The notes below the pieces were generated by a model that saw nothing but the letters and a program-made list of their open reading frames with translations, made no database searches and was not told where the DNA came from. A DNA stretch of 49,853 nt from Eledone cirrhosa (taxonomy: Eukaryota), in assembly GCA_964016885.1 (NCBI GenBank), contig CAXHJY010001081.1:1-49853 (forward strand), given 5' to 3'. Each line of letters starts with the position of its first letter. The stretch's first letter is position 1. The position numbers and the translations under genes were made by a program. Shown here one piece after another: positions 31,420-49,853 of the stretch.

Positions 31420-32025
31420 ATCATCATCATCATCACCGTTTTACGTCCGTTCTTCCACGCTAGCATGGGTTAGACGGGTTGTCCTGTTGTGGGCAGTGTC
31501 TGGTCGGCTGACCATGCCTTGCTCATACAGGAACTGATCTGGCTTGATTTCTACAGCTGGATGCCCTTCCTAACACCAACCTCATTTACAGTGAGTGCTG
31601 GGTGCTTTTTCGTGGCGCCTACACGTCCACTTTACAGTGTAGGCTGGGTGCTTTTTTGCCGTGGCACCTCCACGACCACCTTGCGGTGGGGGGGGGGGGG
31701 GCATATTGTTTATATGCTTCAGCATGTACCCATGGGAGGTCGGGAACCCTGTATTACTGCGTGACGCCAGAAGTCACGGTCGTGTGTCATTGACTTTGAG
31801 AGGTGTAGTTGGGTAAGGTCGGCTTTTATCACCTCATCCCAAGTCATCTTGGGTCTCCCCACTCCGCGGTTTCCATCAACTTCTAGTGCTCTGCACCTTT
31901 TTATGCAGCTGTCATCCTTCATACGCATCACATGTCCATACCAGCGTAACCGCCTCTCCTGCACGCAGCATTTGATTCCTCTTATGCTCAGTCTCTCTCT
32001 CAATTCCTTTATGCTTTGTCGTTCA
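31420..32025 (-). mobile_element. 5'-truncated RTE LINE, family C
   Basis: (GAT)n tail at 31420-31434; coding remnant ERQSIKEL...PPMGTC*. Confidence 0.93.
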
Positions 32026-32077
32026 AATATATATATATATATATATAAATATATATAAATATATATATATATATATA

Positions 32078-32191
<114 letters not shown>

Positions 32192-32214
32192 TATACATAA
32201 ATATATATATATAT

Positions 32215-35200
32215 ATCATCATCATCATCATCATCATCATTTTACGTCCGCTTTTCCCTGCTTGCAAGGGTGGGACGGGTCTTATTCAGCACAGCATCTC
32301 TCCACTCGTCACGGTCCCTCGTCATCTCCACCGTGAGCTTCAATGATCTGAGGTCTGTTCTCACCACCTCCGCCCATGTTTTTCGTGGTCTACCTCTACC
32401 ACGTCTTCCTTCAACTGGCATTTCCTGGCACTTCTTCACCCATCGGTCATCCTCCATGCGCATCACATGTCCATACCACCTCAGTCTCCTCTCCCGTACA
32501 CTACATTCTATCCCTCTCAGACACAGTTTCTCTCTCAACACATTTATGCTGGGTCGTTCACGCACATTTACACTGCACATCCAACGGAGCATGCTTGCCT
32601 CATTTCTCTCCAGCCGTCGCATATCTTCTGCGGTAGCTGCCCATGTCTCACTACCATGCAGCATCGCGCTCCTCACACAGGCATCATACAACCGGCCTTT
32701 CGTACGCAGGGAGAAACCCTTCTTCATCAACAGAGGAAGCAGCTCCCTAAACTTCTTCCAACCCGTCCTTATTCTAGATACTATGGCCTCGGAACACCCT
32801 CCTCCCATGCTAATCTGATCTCCTAGGTACCGGAAGCTATCCACCACTTCTATAGCGCCCTCTCGCATTTGAAAAATGTGTCTATCAGTGCGATTTCTAC
32901 TGTCTAATTTCCCTGTACATCTACTGCATACATATTTCTCCCTACCTGTTAGTTTGCCTGCTATCCCGCTACATCTCTTGTGTACCCAGGACCTACATTG
33001 TGTGCATTTTATAGAATTTATGCCAGTTCCTTTTCTGCATATCGAACATGGCCATTTCCCTGACGGAATCAGGGTTTTGTCCTCTTTTCTACTCATCAAC
33101 ACTTTTGTCTTAGCTAGATTTACTCTCAGTCCTCTTGCTTCCAACTGCTGTTTCCATAGCCGGAATTTATTCTCTAGCTCCTCTACTGATTCTGCCATAA
33201 GAGCCAGATCGTCAGCATAGAGAAGTTCCCATGGACAGCCAGTCTTAAACTCCTCTGTTATGGCTTGGAGGACTATAATGAACAAGAGCGGGCTGAGGAC
33301 CGAACCCTGATGTACTCCTACTTGTATCTGGAATTCCTCACTAAACTCCATTCCTACCCTGACTTTACTGAGAGTACCTCTGTACAAAGTTTGCACTGTC
33401 CTTACAAGCCATTCCTCAACACCCAGCTTCCTTAGGGACCACCAGATGACAGATCGGGGTACCCTATCAAAGGCCTTCTCTAGGTCAACAAAGGCTAAGT
33501 ATAGTGGCTTATTCTTCTCTAAGAACCTCTCTTGCATTTGTCTCACCAAGAAGAGGGCATCTGTTGTACTCTTCCCAGGCACAAAACCAAACTGCATCTC
33601 ATCTAGTTTGACCCTTTCTCTAATTAGTTGTGCTAGAATCCTTTCTGCCACTTTCATAACCTGATCTATCAGTTTTATACCCCTATAATTGCTCCTCTCC
33701 AAAGCATCCCCTTTACCTTTGTAGCAATTTATGAGAATACTGCTGCACCAGTCTTTGGGTATGACACCACCATATATAGCCTGATTGATTATGCGTGCAA
33801 CCAGTTTAGTGCCTACGTCCCCTGATGCCTTCAGCATCTCAGCAACTATTCCCGATGGTCCGGCCGCCTTACCATTTTTCATTTCCCTAATCGCCTCTTG
33901 GACCCTATATTCGTCAATCTCAATAGCTGGTCCCTCTGTCGGATCTACCAAGGGTAATTTCTCTCTCTCCCATTCGTTCTCCACATTCATCAGTCTCTCA
34001 TAATGACATTTCCAGGCCTCCTTTTTCTGGTCATTCGTGACACTAAGTACACCGGCATCATCCCGGACACATTTATCACCAACAACATCCTGATTTGCAT
34101 TGACACACTGCCTTGCAATGTGGAACACTGCACGCCTCTGATCTTCCCGTCGCAGAACATTGGCAAACCTCCTACTCTCTGCCTCCCTGCGTGCTAAGTA
34201 CACCTGACGTCTAGCTTCTCTCTTAGTGGCTGTATATTCTTCCCTACTCCCACCCTTATTCCAAGCCTTCCATGCTAGTCTTTTGTCTCTAATAGCCTTA
34301 TCTACACTGCTGTTCCACCACCAGGTCACTCTCTGTCTGGTTGGAGCTCTGCTCCAGCCACAGGTTTCATCAGTAGCCTTCAGCAAGTTGTCACGTAAGA
34401 ACTTCCAGTTATTATCTATGTCATACGTCTCTAAATCGTCTTCTTTTTCGTCATATACATCTTGAAGGGCTTTCCTAAATTTGAATTTTAGTGAAAGGTC
34501 TTTTAGCTTCCAGACCTTTCTTCTCCACACCTTCCTATATGTCTCATTCCATCTCTTGCTTACTGAGATATCACTAACAACTAACCTATGCTGTGGGGTA
34601 CATTCTTCCCCAGGGTATGCCTTGGTATTAGACACTATCTGCCTGTCCCGCTGCCTAACTAGCAGGAAGTCAATCTGGCTTATGTGCTCACCAGATTTGT
34701 AGGTTATTAGGTGATTGGCAGGTTTCTGGAAGTTTGTGTTGCAAATAGTCAATGTACTTGCATCACAAAATTCAAGAAGTCTCACTCCTTCTTCATTTCT
34801 TGAACCGTAACCGTGCCCACCATGTACCCCAGTGTAACCATCCTGGAGCTGTCCAACATGACCATTGAAGTCTCCTGCTAGCATAACGATGTCTCCGTCC
34901 TCTGTCATTGTGGTTGTTTGCAAAAGTTGCTCATAAAAGCAGTCTTTCTCATCTTTGCCTAGGCCTGCTTGGGGAGCATAGACCGAGATGATTGTCAGTA
35001 GTCTCCTACCTACAACTAATCTAAGCTTAATTATTCGATTACTAACTCGAACTACCTCTATTGTCTTATTGATCCATTTCTCAGCCAGGAAAATGCCTAC
35101 TCCCCCTAACCCATCATCCTTACCTACCCAGAATAGCTTATAGCTAAGACGCTTGCCTACGACTAGTCTCGCAGAGGCACCCCTCCATCTCACCTCTTGC

Positions 35201-35505
35201 ACGCAGCACACATCCACCTGCCTTCTCTCCAGCATCTCCGCTATTTCAGCAGACCTACCTCTGAGAGTGCCAACATTAAGTGTTGCAACTCTGAGATGCG
35301 ACGTCTTCATATTTTTCTATGCTGTTTTGTTGCTGTGCTGATAAGCTTTTTGGCATTGATACACTGGTTGGATGCCCTTCCTAACACCAGCGCCACTTTA
35401 CAGCATGGACTGGGTGCTTTTATTTGTGCCACCAGCACTAGAGAGGATGTCTTACTAGACTCAAGGGCCCTCTCTACCCCTCCATTTTACAGCATGGTCA
35501 TTAAA

Positions 35506-35523
<18 letters not shown>
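32215..35523 (-). mobile_element. Full-length, intact RTE LINE, family A, copy 2
   Basis: T21 at the 5' end (A21 on +, 35503-35523), single uninterrupted ORF, (GAT)n tail, TA flanks. Confidence 0.96.
32242..35310 (-). CDS. 1022-aa RTE protein: APE endonuclease, reverse transcriptase, PHD-like finger, C-terminal domain
   Basis: [36 protein letters not shown]; [32 protein letters not shown]; [16 protein letters not shown]. Confidence 0.96.
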   Translation of the reverse strand: MKTSHLRVATLNVGTLRGRSAEIAEMLERRQVDVCCVQEVRWRGASARLVVGKRLSYKLFWVGKDDGLGGVGIFLAEKWINKTIEVVRVSNRIIKLRLVVGRRLLTIISVYAPQAGLGKDEKDCFYEQLLQTTTMTEDGDIVMLAGDFNGHVGQLQDGYTGVHGGHGYGSRNEEGVRLLEFCDASTLTICNTNFQKPANHLITYKSGEHISQIDFLLVRQRDRQIVSNTKAYPGEECTPQHRLVVSDISVSKRWNETYRKVWRRKVWKLKDLSLKFKFRKALQDVYDEKEDDLETYDIDNNWKFLRDNLLKATDETCGWSRAPTRQRVTWWWNSSVDKAIRDKRLAWKAWNKGGSREEYTATKREARRQVYLARREAESRRFANVLRREDQRRAVFHIARQCVNANQDVVGDKCVRDDAGVLSVTNDQKKEAWKCHYERLMNVENEWEREKLPLVDPTEGPAIEIDEYRVQEAIREMKNGKAAGPSGIVAEMLKASGDVGTKLVARIINQAIYGGVIPKDWCSSILINCYKGKGDALERSNYRGIKLIDQVMKVAERILAQLIRERVKLDEMQFGFVPGKSTTDALFLVRQMQERFLEKNKPLYLAFVDLEKAFDRVPRSVIWWSLRKLGVEEWLVRTVQTLYRGTLSKVRVGMEFSEEFQIQVGVHQGSVLSPLLFIIVLQAITEEFKTGCPWELLYADDLALMAESVEELENKFRLWKQQLEARGLRVNLAKTKVLMSRKEDKTLIPSGKWPCSICRKGTGINSIKCTQCRSWVHKRCSGIAGKLTGREKYVCSRCTGKLDSRNRTDRHIFQMREGAIEVVDSFRYLGDQISMGGGCSEAIVSRIRTGWKKFRELLPLLMKKGFSLRTKGRLYDACVRSAMLHGSETWAATAEDMRRLERNEASMLRWMCSVNVRERPSINVLREKLCLRGIECSVRERRLRWYGHVMRMEDDRWVKKCQEMPVEGRRGRGRPRKTWAEVVRTDLRSLKLTVEMTRDRDEWRDAVLNKTRPTLASREKRT

Positions 35524-35539
<16 letters not shown>

Positions 35540-35544
35540 TAAAT

Positions 35545-35575
<31 letters not shown>

Positions 35576-35592
35576 AATATATATATATATAA

Positions 35593-35652
<60 letters not shown>

Positions 35653-35681
35653 TATATATATATAAATATATATATATATAA

Positions 35682-35716
<35 letters not shown>

Positions 35717-35745
35717 AATATATATATAAATATATATATAAATAT

Positions 35746-35778
<33 letters not shown>

Positions 35779-35831
35779 AATATATATAAATATATATATG
35801 TATAAATATATATATATATATATATATAAAT

Positions 35832-35894
<63 letters not shown>

Positions 35895-36077
35895 AATATA
35901 TATGTATATATATATATATATATAAATATATATATAAATATATATATAAATATATATATATATAAATATATATATATAAATATATATATATATAAATATA
36001 TATAAATATATATATATATATAAATATATATATATATAAATATAAATATATATATATATAAATATATATATATATAA

Positions 36078-36108
<31 letters not shown>

Positions 36109-36111
36109 AAT

Positions 36112-36142
<31 letters not shown>

Positions 36143-36197
36143 AATATATATATATATAAATATAAATATATATATATATAAATATATATATATATAA

Positions 36198-36272
<75 letters not shown>

Positions 36273-36275
36273 AAT

Positions 36276-36307
<32 letters not shown>

Positions 36308-36309
36308 TT
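35524..36309. repeat. (TA)n array with AA interruptions
   Basis: Direct reading. Confidence 0.96.
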
Positions 36310-36419
36310 ATGTGCAGTTGAGCAGTTGAAGTATAAGGACGTGTTTTTACTTCTCTCCCCGAGTAAGCAGCAAGTCACACAGCCACAAAACAAAACCACA
36401 AGACAAAACCAAACAAACA

Positions 36420-37042
36420 AAAATTGACCGGTTAATACATTTTCATACATCTATATTATTATATATTTGAAAATTGACCGGTTAATACATTTTTCATACA
36501 TCTATATTATTATATATTTGAAAATTGACCGGTTAATACATTTTTCATACATCTATATTATTATATATTTGAAACCACGTGTTTTCGAACTTGTGAGTAC
36601 ATTTTCTTTTAACTACAAATTATTATTATATACTTTCGTCTTTTCATTAATTTCAAATAACCAGAATATACATATATATATATATATATACTCATATTTA
36701 TATATATACGCTTCTCACTCACACACAAGAAAAACAAAAAACAAAAATAAATTAAAAAAAAAAATATATATATATTGAAATACTTAACTAAAACACACAC
36801 ACACGAACTTGTGAGTACATTTTCCTTTAACTACAAATTATTATTATATACTTTCGTCTTTTCATTAACTTAATTAATTTCAAATAACCAGAATATACAT
36901 ATATATATATATATATACTCATATTTATATATATACGCTTCTCACTCACACACAAGAAAAACAAAAAACAAAAATAAATCAAAAATAAATTTAAAAAAAA
37001 ATATATATATATATTGAAATACTTAACTAAAACACACACACA
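36420..37042 (+). repeat. Tandem repeats in the LINE 5'UTR: 3 x 50-51 bp (36420-36574) and 2 x ~218-238 bp (36586-37042)
   Basis: aaattgaccggttaatac starts at 36421, 36471 and 36522; cgaacttgtgagtacat starts at 36586 and 36804. Confidence 0.92.
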
Positions 37043-37054
37043 CTCAAAACTAGA

Positions 37055-38215
37055 ATGGCTAACCAGCAAAAATCCAAACAGAACTGGTCTGATAATGAAA
37101 TCGACATTCTAATAAACACATGGCATTGCCTTTCCCAAACAGAAAATATAGATGCTTCATCTCTGAACGACATTGCTAAACGTACAGTTCAATTTTTGAA
37201 AACTCGATCTGAACAACAGATTCAAAATAAATTAAAGCAAATCGAAATTGCTTTTAAATTAATCAATAAACATTTGGATAAACTACGGTGTGTTTTCTCT
37301 TCGAATGCTGTCCAGCAGCAGCAACAACAACAACAGCAGCTACAACAACAACAACAGCTACAACAACAACATCAACAACAGCTACAACAACAACAACAAC
37401 ATCAACATCAGCAACAACAACAGTGTGAACCACTCCTTGATTCATCAACAATGGCCGATCTACTAAATGAAACTATTGACCCCCCAGTAGCCTCTGTCTC
37501 ACAGCATGAAACGCCACATCCTTTCTCTGGCCCAGCAGTCCAATCATCACCACTGCCAACATCTCTGCCTACTACTACTACTACTACTACAACATTTTTG
37601 TCCACTGCTATGTCAAGGAATTTACCTTCTAATACCAGAACAAGAACTCTCCCTCCCACAGTCCACAAAGGTCGTCAAATCCTACCCAAACCATCATCTA
37701 CACCTCTCACAACACCCACACCCATATACCCACCCACTCGAAACCCCATCATTTGCCGCTACTCTCTACGCTATAGAATATGTACGGATAGTGGCTGCAA
37801 ATTCACCCATTTACCTAGGACAAAACGATCTATCCCCACAAACAGCCACCACCATAATACATACTCTAATTTAACACCAACACAACCACCAATAACTCAA
37901 ACAAGGAATCCACAAATCTGCCGTTTTTCCCTGCGAGACAGATTGTGTTTAGACCGGGATTGTCCCTTTACCCATCTCCCGGGGACCCGTCGGATAAATG
38001 AAAATAAAATTAAAAATAAAAGCAAAAACAAAAACCATAACCTACATAAAAATAACCACTACCACAGTCACCAACAGTCTTCTAAACAGGAAACTTCTTC
38101 CTCTTTTTTAGCCATAATGAATCTGGCAAAAGAACTGGAAAAAAACATTCGAGCTATCACCCAGCACCACCCTCCACTATCACCCCACTGCACAAACTCC
38201 CATTGCTGCCATTAA
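37055..38215 (+). CDS. LINE ORF1: Myb/SANT-like N-terminus, polyQ, Pro/Thr-rich linker, two CCCH zinc fingers
   Basis: WSDNEIDILINTW...RSEQQIQNKLKQI; CRYSLRYRICTDSGCKFTH and CRFSLRDRLCLDRDCPFTH. Confidence 0.85.
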   Translation: MANQQKSKQNWSDNEIDILINTWHCLSQTENIDASSLNDIAKRTVQFLKTRSEQQIQNKLKQIEIAFKLINKHLDKLRCVFSSNAVQQQQQQQQQLQQQQQLQQQHQQQLQQQQQHQHQQQQQCEPLLDSSTMADLLNETIDPPVASVSQHETPHPFSGPAVQSSPLPTSLPTTTTTTTTFLSTAMSRNLPSNTRTRTLPPTVHKGRQILPKPSSTPLTTPTPIYPPTRNPIICRYSLRYRICTDSGCKFTHLPRTKRSIPTNSHHHNTYSNLTPTQPPITQTRNPQICRFSLRDRLCLDRDCPFTHLPGTRRINENKIKNKSKNKNHNLHKNNHYHSHQQSSKQETSSSFLAIMNLAKELEKNIRAITQHHPPLSPHCTNSHCCH

Positions 38216-41200
38216 CAAACAAACAAATTAACAACACACCAAAACAATTAAAACCATCCACTCTCGCCTCTACATTTTTGCTTAACGCCCAAGGCATCAG
38301 CCCTTCCACCAATACTCAAAAATGGAAGATCAAATTCCTGGAGGACTGGATTGATGTCCATCCAAACCACATCCCTTTCTTCGTCCTCACTGAAACCCAT
38401 CTCGGTAACCTCCACTTGGAAGCCGAGGTGAAAGTGAAAAATTTCAAAGCCATCCGTGCTGATCGCGCTGGCAGAAGAAAGGGCGGAACTGCCATTTATG
38501 TCCATAATTCTTTCTCAACAGAGGCTATGAACATATTCACTAATGGATACTGTGAGGCAGTCACTGTATTCAGTCAAACCAACAACCTATTAGTAGTTGG
38601 GCTCTATAGGCCACCCCAAACGCCTGTACCATGCTTCAAGGAATGCCTCAACAGCATAAAGTGTTTCATCCAAGAGTGTCACCCTGACAACATCTTAATG
38701 ATGGGGGACTTCAACCTGCCCGGAGTTGACTGGTCCACAAACACCCTGCCACCAGGTTCTTCTGCCTCAACCTCTGACAGGGAAGCTGTGGAATCGCTTC
38801 TTGACTTCATGGATGATTTCTTCCTATCCCAACTAGTGCTCGAACCAACGAGGTGCCACAAAAACGTCCTAGACTTAATTTTCAGCAATCACACTGACAA
38901 TATCCACAATATTGCAGTGGAGAAAACTCTACTCTCTGATCATGACATGGTTCTCTGTGATCTGAGATTCCACCGTCCAATATACAAACCCAATGTCATT
39001 TCTCCTGTCCATCCGTTTGACGCTATGGATTTCCACAATGCAAACTGGGAAGCGATCAGTCATGATCTTGCACATGTCGACTGGTCCTTCACGCACACTC
39101 ATACACCCACTAACATCAAAAAGTCCTGGCAGACATTTGTGGACACTGTTACAAACATATGTGCTAAACACACCCCATTAAGAACTATAAACAAATCTAA
39201 GAGCAGAATCCCTAGAAATAGAAAAACGCTCATCAGAAAAATTAAGAGAACGAACAAAAAAATCAACAATCTGAAATACTGTCAGCAGCAACACATCAAC
39301 TTGACTGCCATTTCATCACTAGAGATTAAAAAACATAACCTCCAAAACAACATAATGTCCCTCATCAACAATCAGAGAAGAGCTGAAGAGGCCTGGGCCA
39401 TTGAGAAGATCAAACTCAATCCCAAAGTGTTCTTTTCATTTGCAAAAAAACACAAAATCACTGGCTCTACTGTTGGCCCTCTAATTGATGAAAATGGCAC
39501 TCTTCAAGACAATGCTAAAACCATGGGTGAGATACTGCAGAAACAATACTGCTCTGTTTTCAGCAATCCTGATATGGCCGATCTGGGCTGTATCGGCGAT
39601 GTTACTCCCCATTACACCTTATCGGACATAACGTTTGGCGCCCCTGATGTCTTGGCGGCAATAAAGGAAATCAAGCATAATTCAGCAGTAGGTCCCGATA
39701 GGTTCCCTGCTTGTGTCTTGAAGGCGTGTCAACACCAACTTGCTTCTCCTCTTGCCAATCTGTGGCGGAACTCACTGGATGCTGGATATGTGCCAGAAAA
39801 CCTTCTATCCCAGTCTGTTGTCCCAGTTTTCAAAAAGGGAAACAAATCCCTTGCCGTGAATTACCGTCCAATCTCACTCACCTCTCATATCATTAAGGTA
39901 TTTGAGCGAGTGGTGAGATCGCGAATGACCCACTTCCTTGAGAGTAACAATATGCTGAACTCCAACCAGCATGGATTCCGTAATGGAAGGGATTGCCTGA
40001 CGCAACTACTGCATCACTTTGATGACATTTTGAGAGCCTTGGGAGAGGGTTCCAACACTGATGTTATCTACCTTGATTTCAGCAAGGCCTTTGACAGGGT
40101 TGATCATAACCTTCTACTGAGAAAGCTGTCCAATATTGGTGTCACTGGAAAGCTGCTGCAGTGGATCAAGAGCTTCCTGTCAAACAGAACCCAACATGTT
40201 GTAGTTGAGGGAGTCAAATCAAGCCCAGCCAAAGTCAGTAGTGGAGTCCCACAAGGCACTGTGTTGGGCCCACTTCTCTTCATCATCTATATTAATGACA
40301 TCACTGACATCATCAAACACAGCAACATTAAAATTTTCGCTGATGATTCCAAGCTCCAAAAGGTCATCAATGGCGTGGATGACCGGATAAGCCTTCAGTC
40401 AGACCTACTGGCTGTTACCCAATGGGCAGAAAAGAACAACATGTTACTGAACGAAGACAAATTCGAACTGATCCACTTTGGAAAAGAGGATGCTCTGAAA
40501 CTCCCGTACTCCCTTCCCTCCGGGGAAACTCTCGTGGCATCTAACAACATCAGAGACTTGGGAGTAACCGTGGACAGCAACATAAGCTGGACCACGCATA
40601 TAAGCAGCAAAGTTGACATGGCCCGCAGAATGTGTTCCTGGATCCTCAGAACCTTCCAGTCGAGAGATTCCCGCACCATTATCCTTCTCTTCTCTACTTT
40701 CGCCCGACCACACCTTGAATACTGTTGTCCACTGTGGTCTCCCCACACGAAACAAAGTATCATGAAACTTGAAGCTCCTCAAAGGGCAATCACAAAAAAG
40801 ATAGATGGCATGTCAGACCTTGACTACTGGGGTCGATTGGAAAACCTGAAACTTTACTCACTCCAACGTCGCCGTGAGCGTTATATTATCTGCATGATGT
40901 GGAAAATGTTCCATCATCACTGCCCAAATGATGTTGGCATCGCCTTCAAGATACACCCAAGGCTTGGGCCCCGTGCTATCCGTCCCATTCAAAAATCTAA
41001 ATCGCAACTCATAACAACAATACGGCACAATTATTTCACCTCAATCGGCCCTGCTCTCTTCAACATCACACCAGGACACGTCAAAACAGAAACTGACCAC
41101 ACAAAATTCAAGAAATCTTTGGACAAATTCCTCCAAGTAATCCCGGACAAACCACCCACACCCGGATATGTCTCCGCAAACAGTAATTCTCTTCTCGAAT

Positions 41201-41223
41201 GGGCCATGGTGCCCAAATCCTGA
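38203..41223 (+). CDS. LINE ORF2: APE endonuclease + reverse transcriptase (frame open from 38086; true start uncertain)
   Basis: LNAQG, LTETHL, YRPP, GDFNLP, LDLIF, SDHDMV; [38 protein letters not shown]. Confidence 0.95.
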   Translation: MLPLTNKQINNTPKQLKPSTLASTFLLNAQGISPSTNTQKWKIKFLEDWIDVHPNHIPFFVLTETHLGNLHLEAEVKVKNFKAIRADRAGRRKGGTAIYVHNSFSTEAMNIFTNGYCEAVTVFSQTNNLLVVGLYRPPQTPVPCFKECLNSIKCFIQECHPDNILMMGDFNLPGVDWSTNTLPPGSSASTSDREAVESLLDFMDDFFLSQLVLEPTRCHKNVLDLIFSNHTDNIHNIAVEKTLLSDHDMVLCDLRFHRPIYKPNVISPVHPFDAMDFHNANWEAISHDLAHVDWSFTHTHTPTNIKKSWQTFVDTVTNICAKHTPLRTINKSKSRIPRNRKTLIRKIKRTNKKINNLKYCQQQHINLTAISSLEIKKHNLQNNIMSLINNQRRAEEAWAIEKIKLNPKVFFSFAKKHKITGSTVGPLIDENGTLQDNAKTMGEILQKQYCSVFSNPDMADLGCIGDVTPHYTLSDITFGAPDVLAAIKEIKHNSAVGPDRFPACVLKACQHQLASPLANLWRNSLDAGYVPENLLSQSVVPVFKKGNKSLAVNYRPISLTSHIIKVFERVVRSRMTHFLESNNMLNSNQHGFRNGRDCLTQLLHHFDDILRALGEGSNTDVIYLDFSKAFDRVDHNLLLRKLSNIGVTGKLLQWIKSFLSNRTQHVVVEGVKSSPAKVSSGVPQGTVLGPLLFIIYINDITDIIKHSNIKIFADDSKLQKVINGVDDRISLQSDLLAVTQWAEKNNMLLNEDKFELIHFGKEDALKLPYSLPSGETLVASNNIRDLGVTVDSNISWTTHISSKVDMARRMCSWILRTFQSRDSRTIILLFSTFARPHLEYCCPLWSPHTKQSIMKLEAPQRAITKKIDGMSDLDYWGRLENLKLYSLQRRRERYIICMMWKMFHHHCPNDVGIAFKIHPRLGPRAIRPIQKSKSQLITTIRHNYFTSIGPALFNITPGHVKTETDHTKFKKSLDKFLQVIPDKPPTPGYVSANSNSLLEWAMVPKS

Positions 41224-41307
41224 ATTGAAAGACTTCGCCAGGTGGTGCTATTAAGTTAGACATGGCCTGGGCCAATACTGGCCAAAACATTTCAAAGTTA
41301 TTCAAAG

Positions 41308-49147
<7,840 letters not shown>

Positions 49148-49853
49148 AAAGTTATATTTAAAATTGTTGGGTTACAACTAGTAAATATTTATAACTGATA
49201 TAAAAGCACTCGACAAATACTTGGAGTATATTTACAATATTAAATAAATGGAAAACTATATTTATAAAACCCTATTTATTTCATTATATATATTTCGGGG
49301 ATATCATATTAAAAATATGCTATGCCTTCATCAGACAAAATACAATATAAACAGTTTTATAGATAAATATATTCGACATACCGTAATAAATATCAACTTC
49401 ATTTGAAGAGGTTCACTCTAGCAGTGAAAATACAGAGAGAAAGAAAGAGAGAGAAAAAAGAGGGAAATAAGAAAGAAAGAAAGACAAAACGAAGAAAAGG
49501 AAGAAAAGAAGAAAAAGAAGAAATGCATGGGACAAAATAGAGAGATGGAAAAATAGATAAAGCGAAGAGCTGCATGTAAAGAGACCGAAAGAGATATATA
49601 TATATAGAGAGAGAGAGAGGAAATAGAGATAGATACATATATAAATATAGATATAGAAAAATTAGGTAGTGGGAGGTCATTTTGAGTAAGTGTATCAATG
49701 ATGCATTTATTTATTTATCTATTTATTTATTTATTTATTTAGCTCAAGTATTAATGTAAGGGAGATATATAGAGAGACATAGAGAGATATAGAGAGAGAA
49801 AAATTTAAAAATAGCCAGACATATTCGAGGGGTAGAAAACCCTATGTTTTAAT
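49148..49853 (-). mobile_element. PLE pLTR/3' end related to 13505-13758, probably continuing beyond the window
   Basis: Reverse complement of 49148-49402 aligns with 13505-13758, including the hammerhead. The remainder is pyrimidine-rich on the minus strand like 13340-13450 (weaker support). Confidence 0.7.
49277..49342 (-). ncRNA. Type I hammerhead ribozyme motif, homologue of 13565-13630
   Basis: Minus strand reads tattttgt-CTGATGA-aggc-atagcatatt-ttt-aatatgatat-cccc-GAAA-tatataTA-atgaaata. Confidence 0.72.

Larger units (their letters stand above)
36310..41310 (+). mobile_element. Full-length two-ORF CR1/L2-group LINE
   Basis: ~745-bp 5'UTR, ORF1, ORF2, short 3'UTR ending (TTCAAAGTTA)x2, TA flanks. 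Exact clade not resolved. Confidence 0.92.

Noticed and set aside
32270-35341. Antisense ORFs overlapping RTE coding regions
   Set aside because: Shadow frames of the LINE ORF; they recur only because the copies are similar.
36420-36574. CRISPR-like array
   Set aside because: Head-to-tail units without unique spacers, eukaryotic LINE context, no cas genes.

Overview
Eukaryotic, very AT-rich window with no recognisable host gene. Roughly half is interrupted (TA)n microsatellite, with many retroelements and derivatives inserted into it. The SINE/RTE motifs and TA abundance suggest an invertebrate such as an octopus (inference only). Contents: (1) two full-length, near-identical RTE-clade LINEs (family A, one intact at 1022 aa) and seven truncated copies of two sister families (B, C); a C4HC3 PHD-type finger inside the RT region is seen in all three families; (2) a full-length two-ORF CR1/L2-group LINE whose ORF1 has a Myb/SANT-like N-terminus and two CCCH fingers, whose ORF2 lacks a usable ATG but is preceded by -1 slippery sites, and which is flanked by an apparent ~400-bp duplication of the TA array; (3) a decayed Penelope-like element (RT + GIY-YIG) and further pLTR-like ends, with four hammerhead ribozyme motifs of three types; (4) a chimeric tRNA-derived SINE, an internally deleted RTE derivative in tandem, and a duplicated fold-back/MITE-like palindrome. 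The long Y/I/H/T/M/C/V ORFs in the ORF track are microsatellite artefacts. All calls come from reading the sequence by eye; no searches were run.
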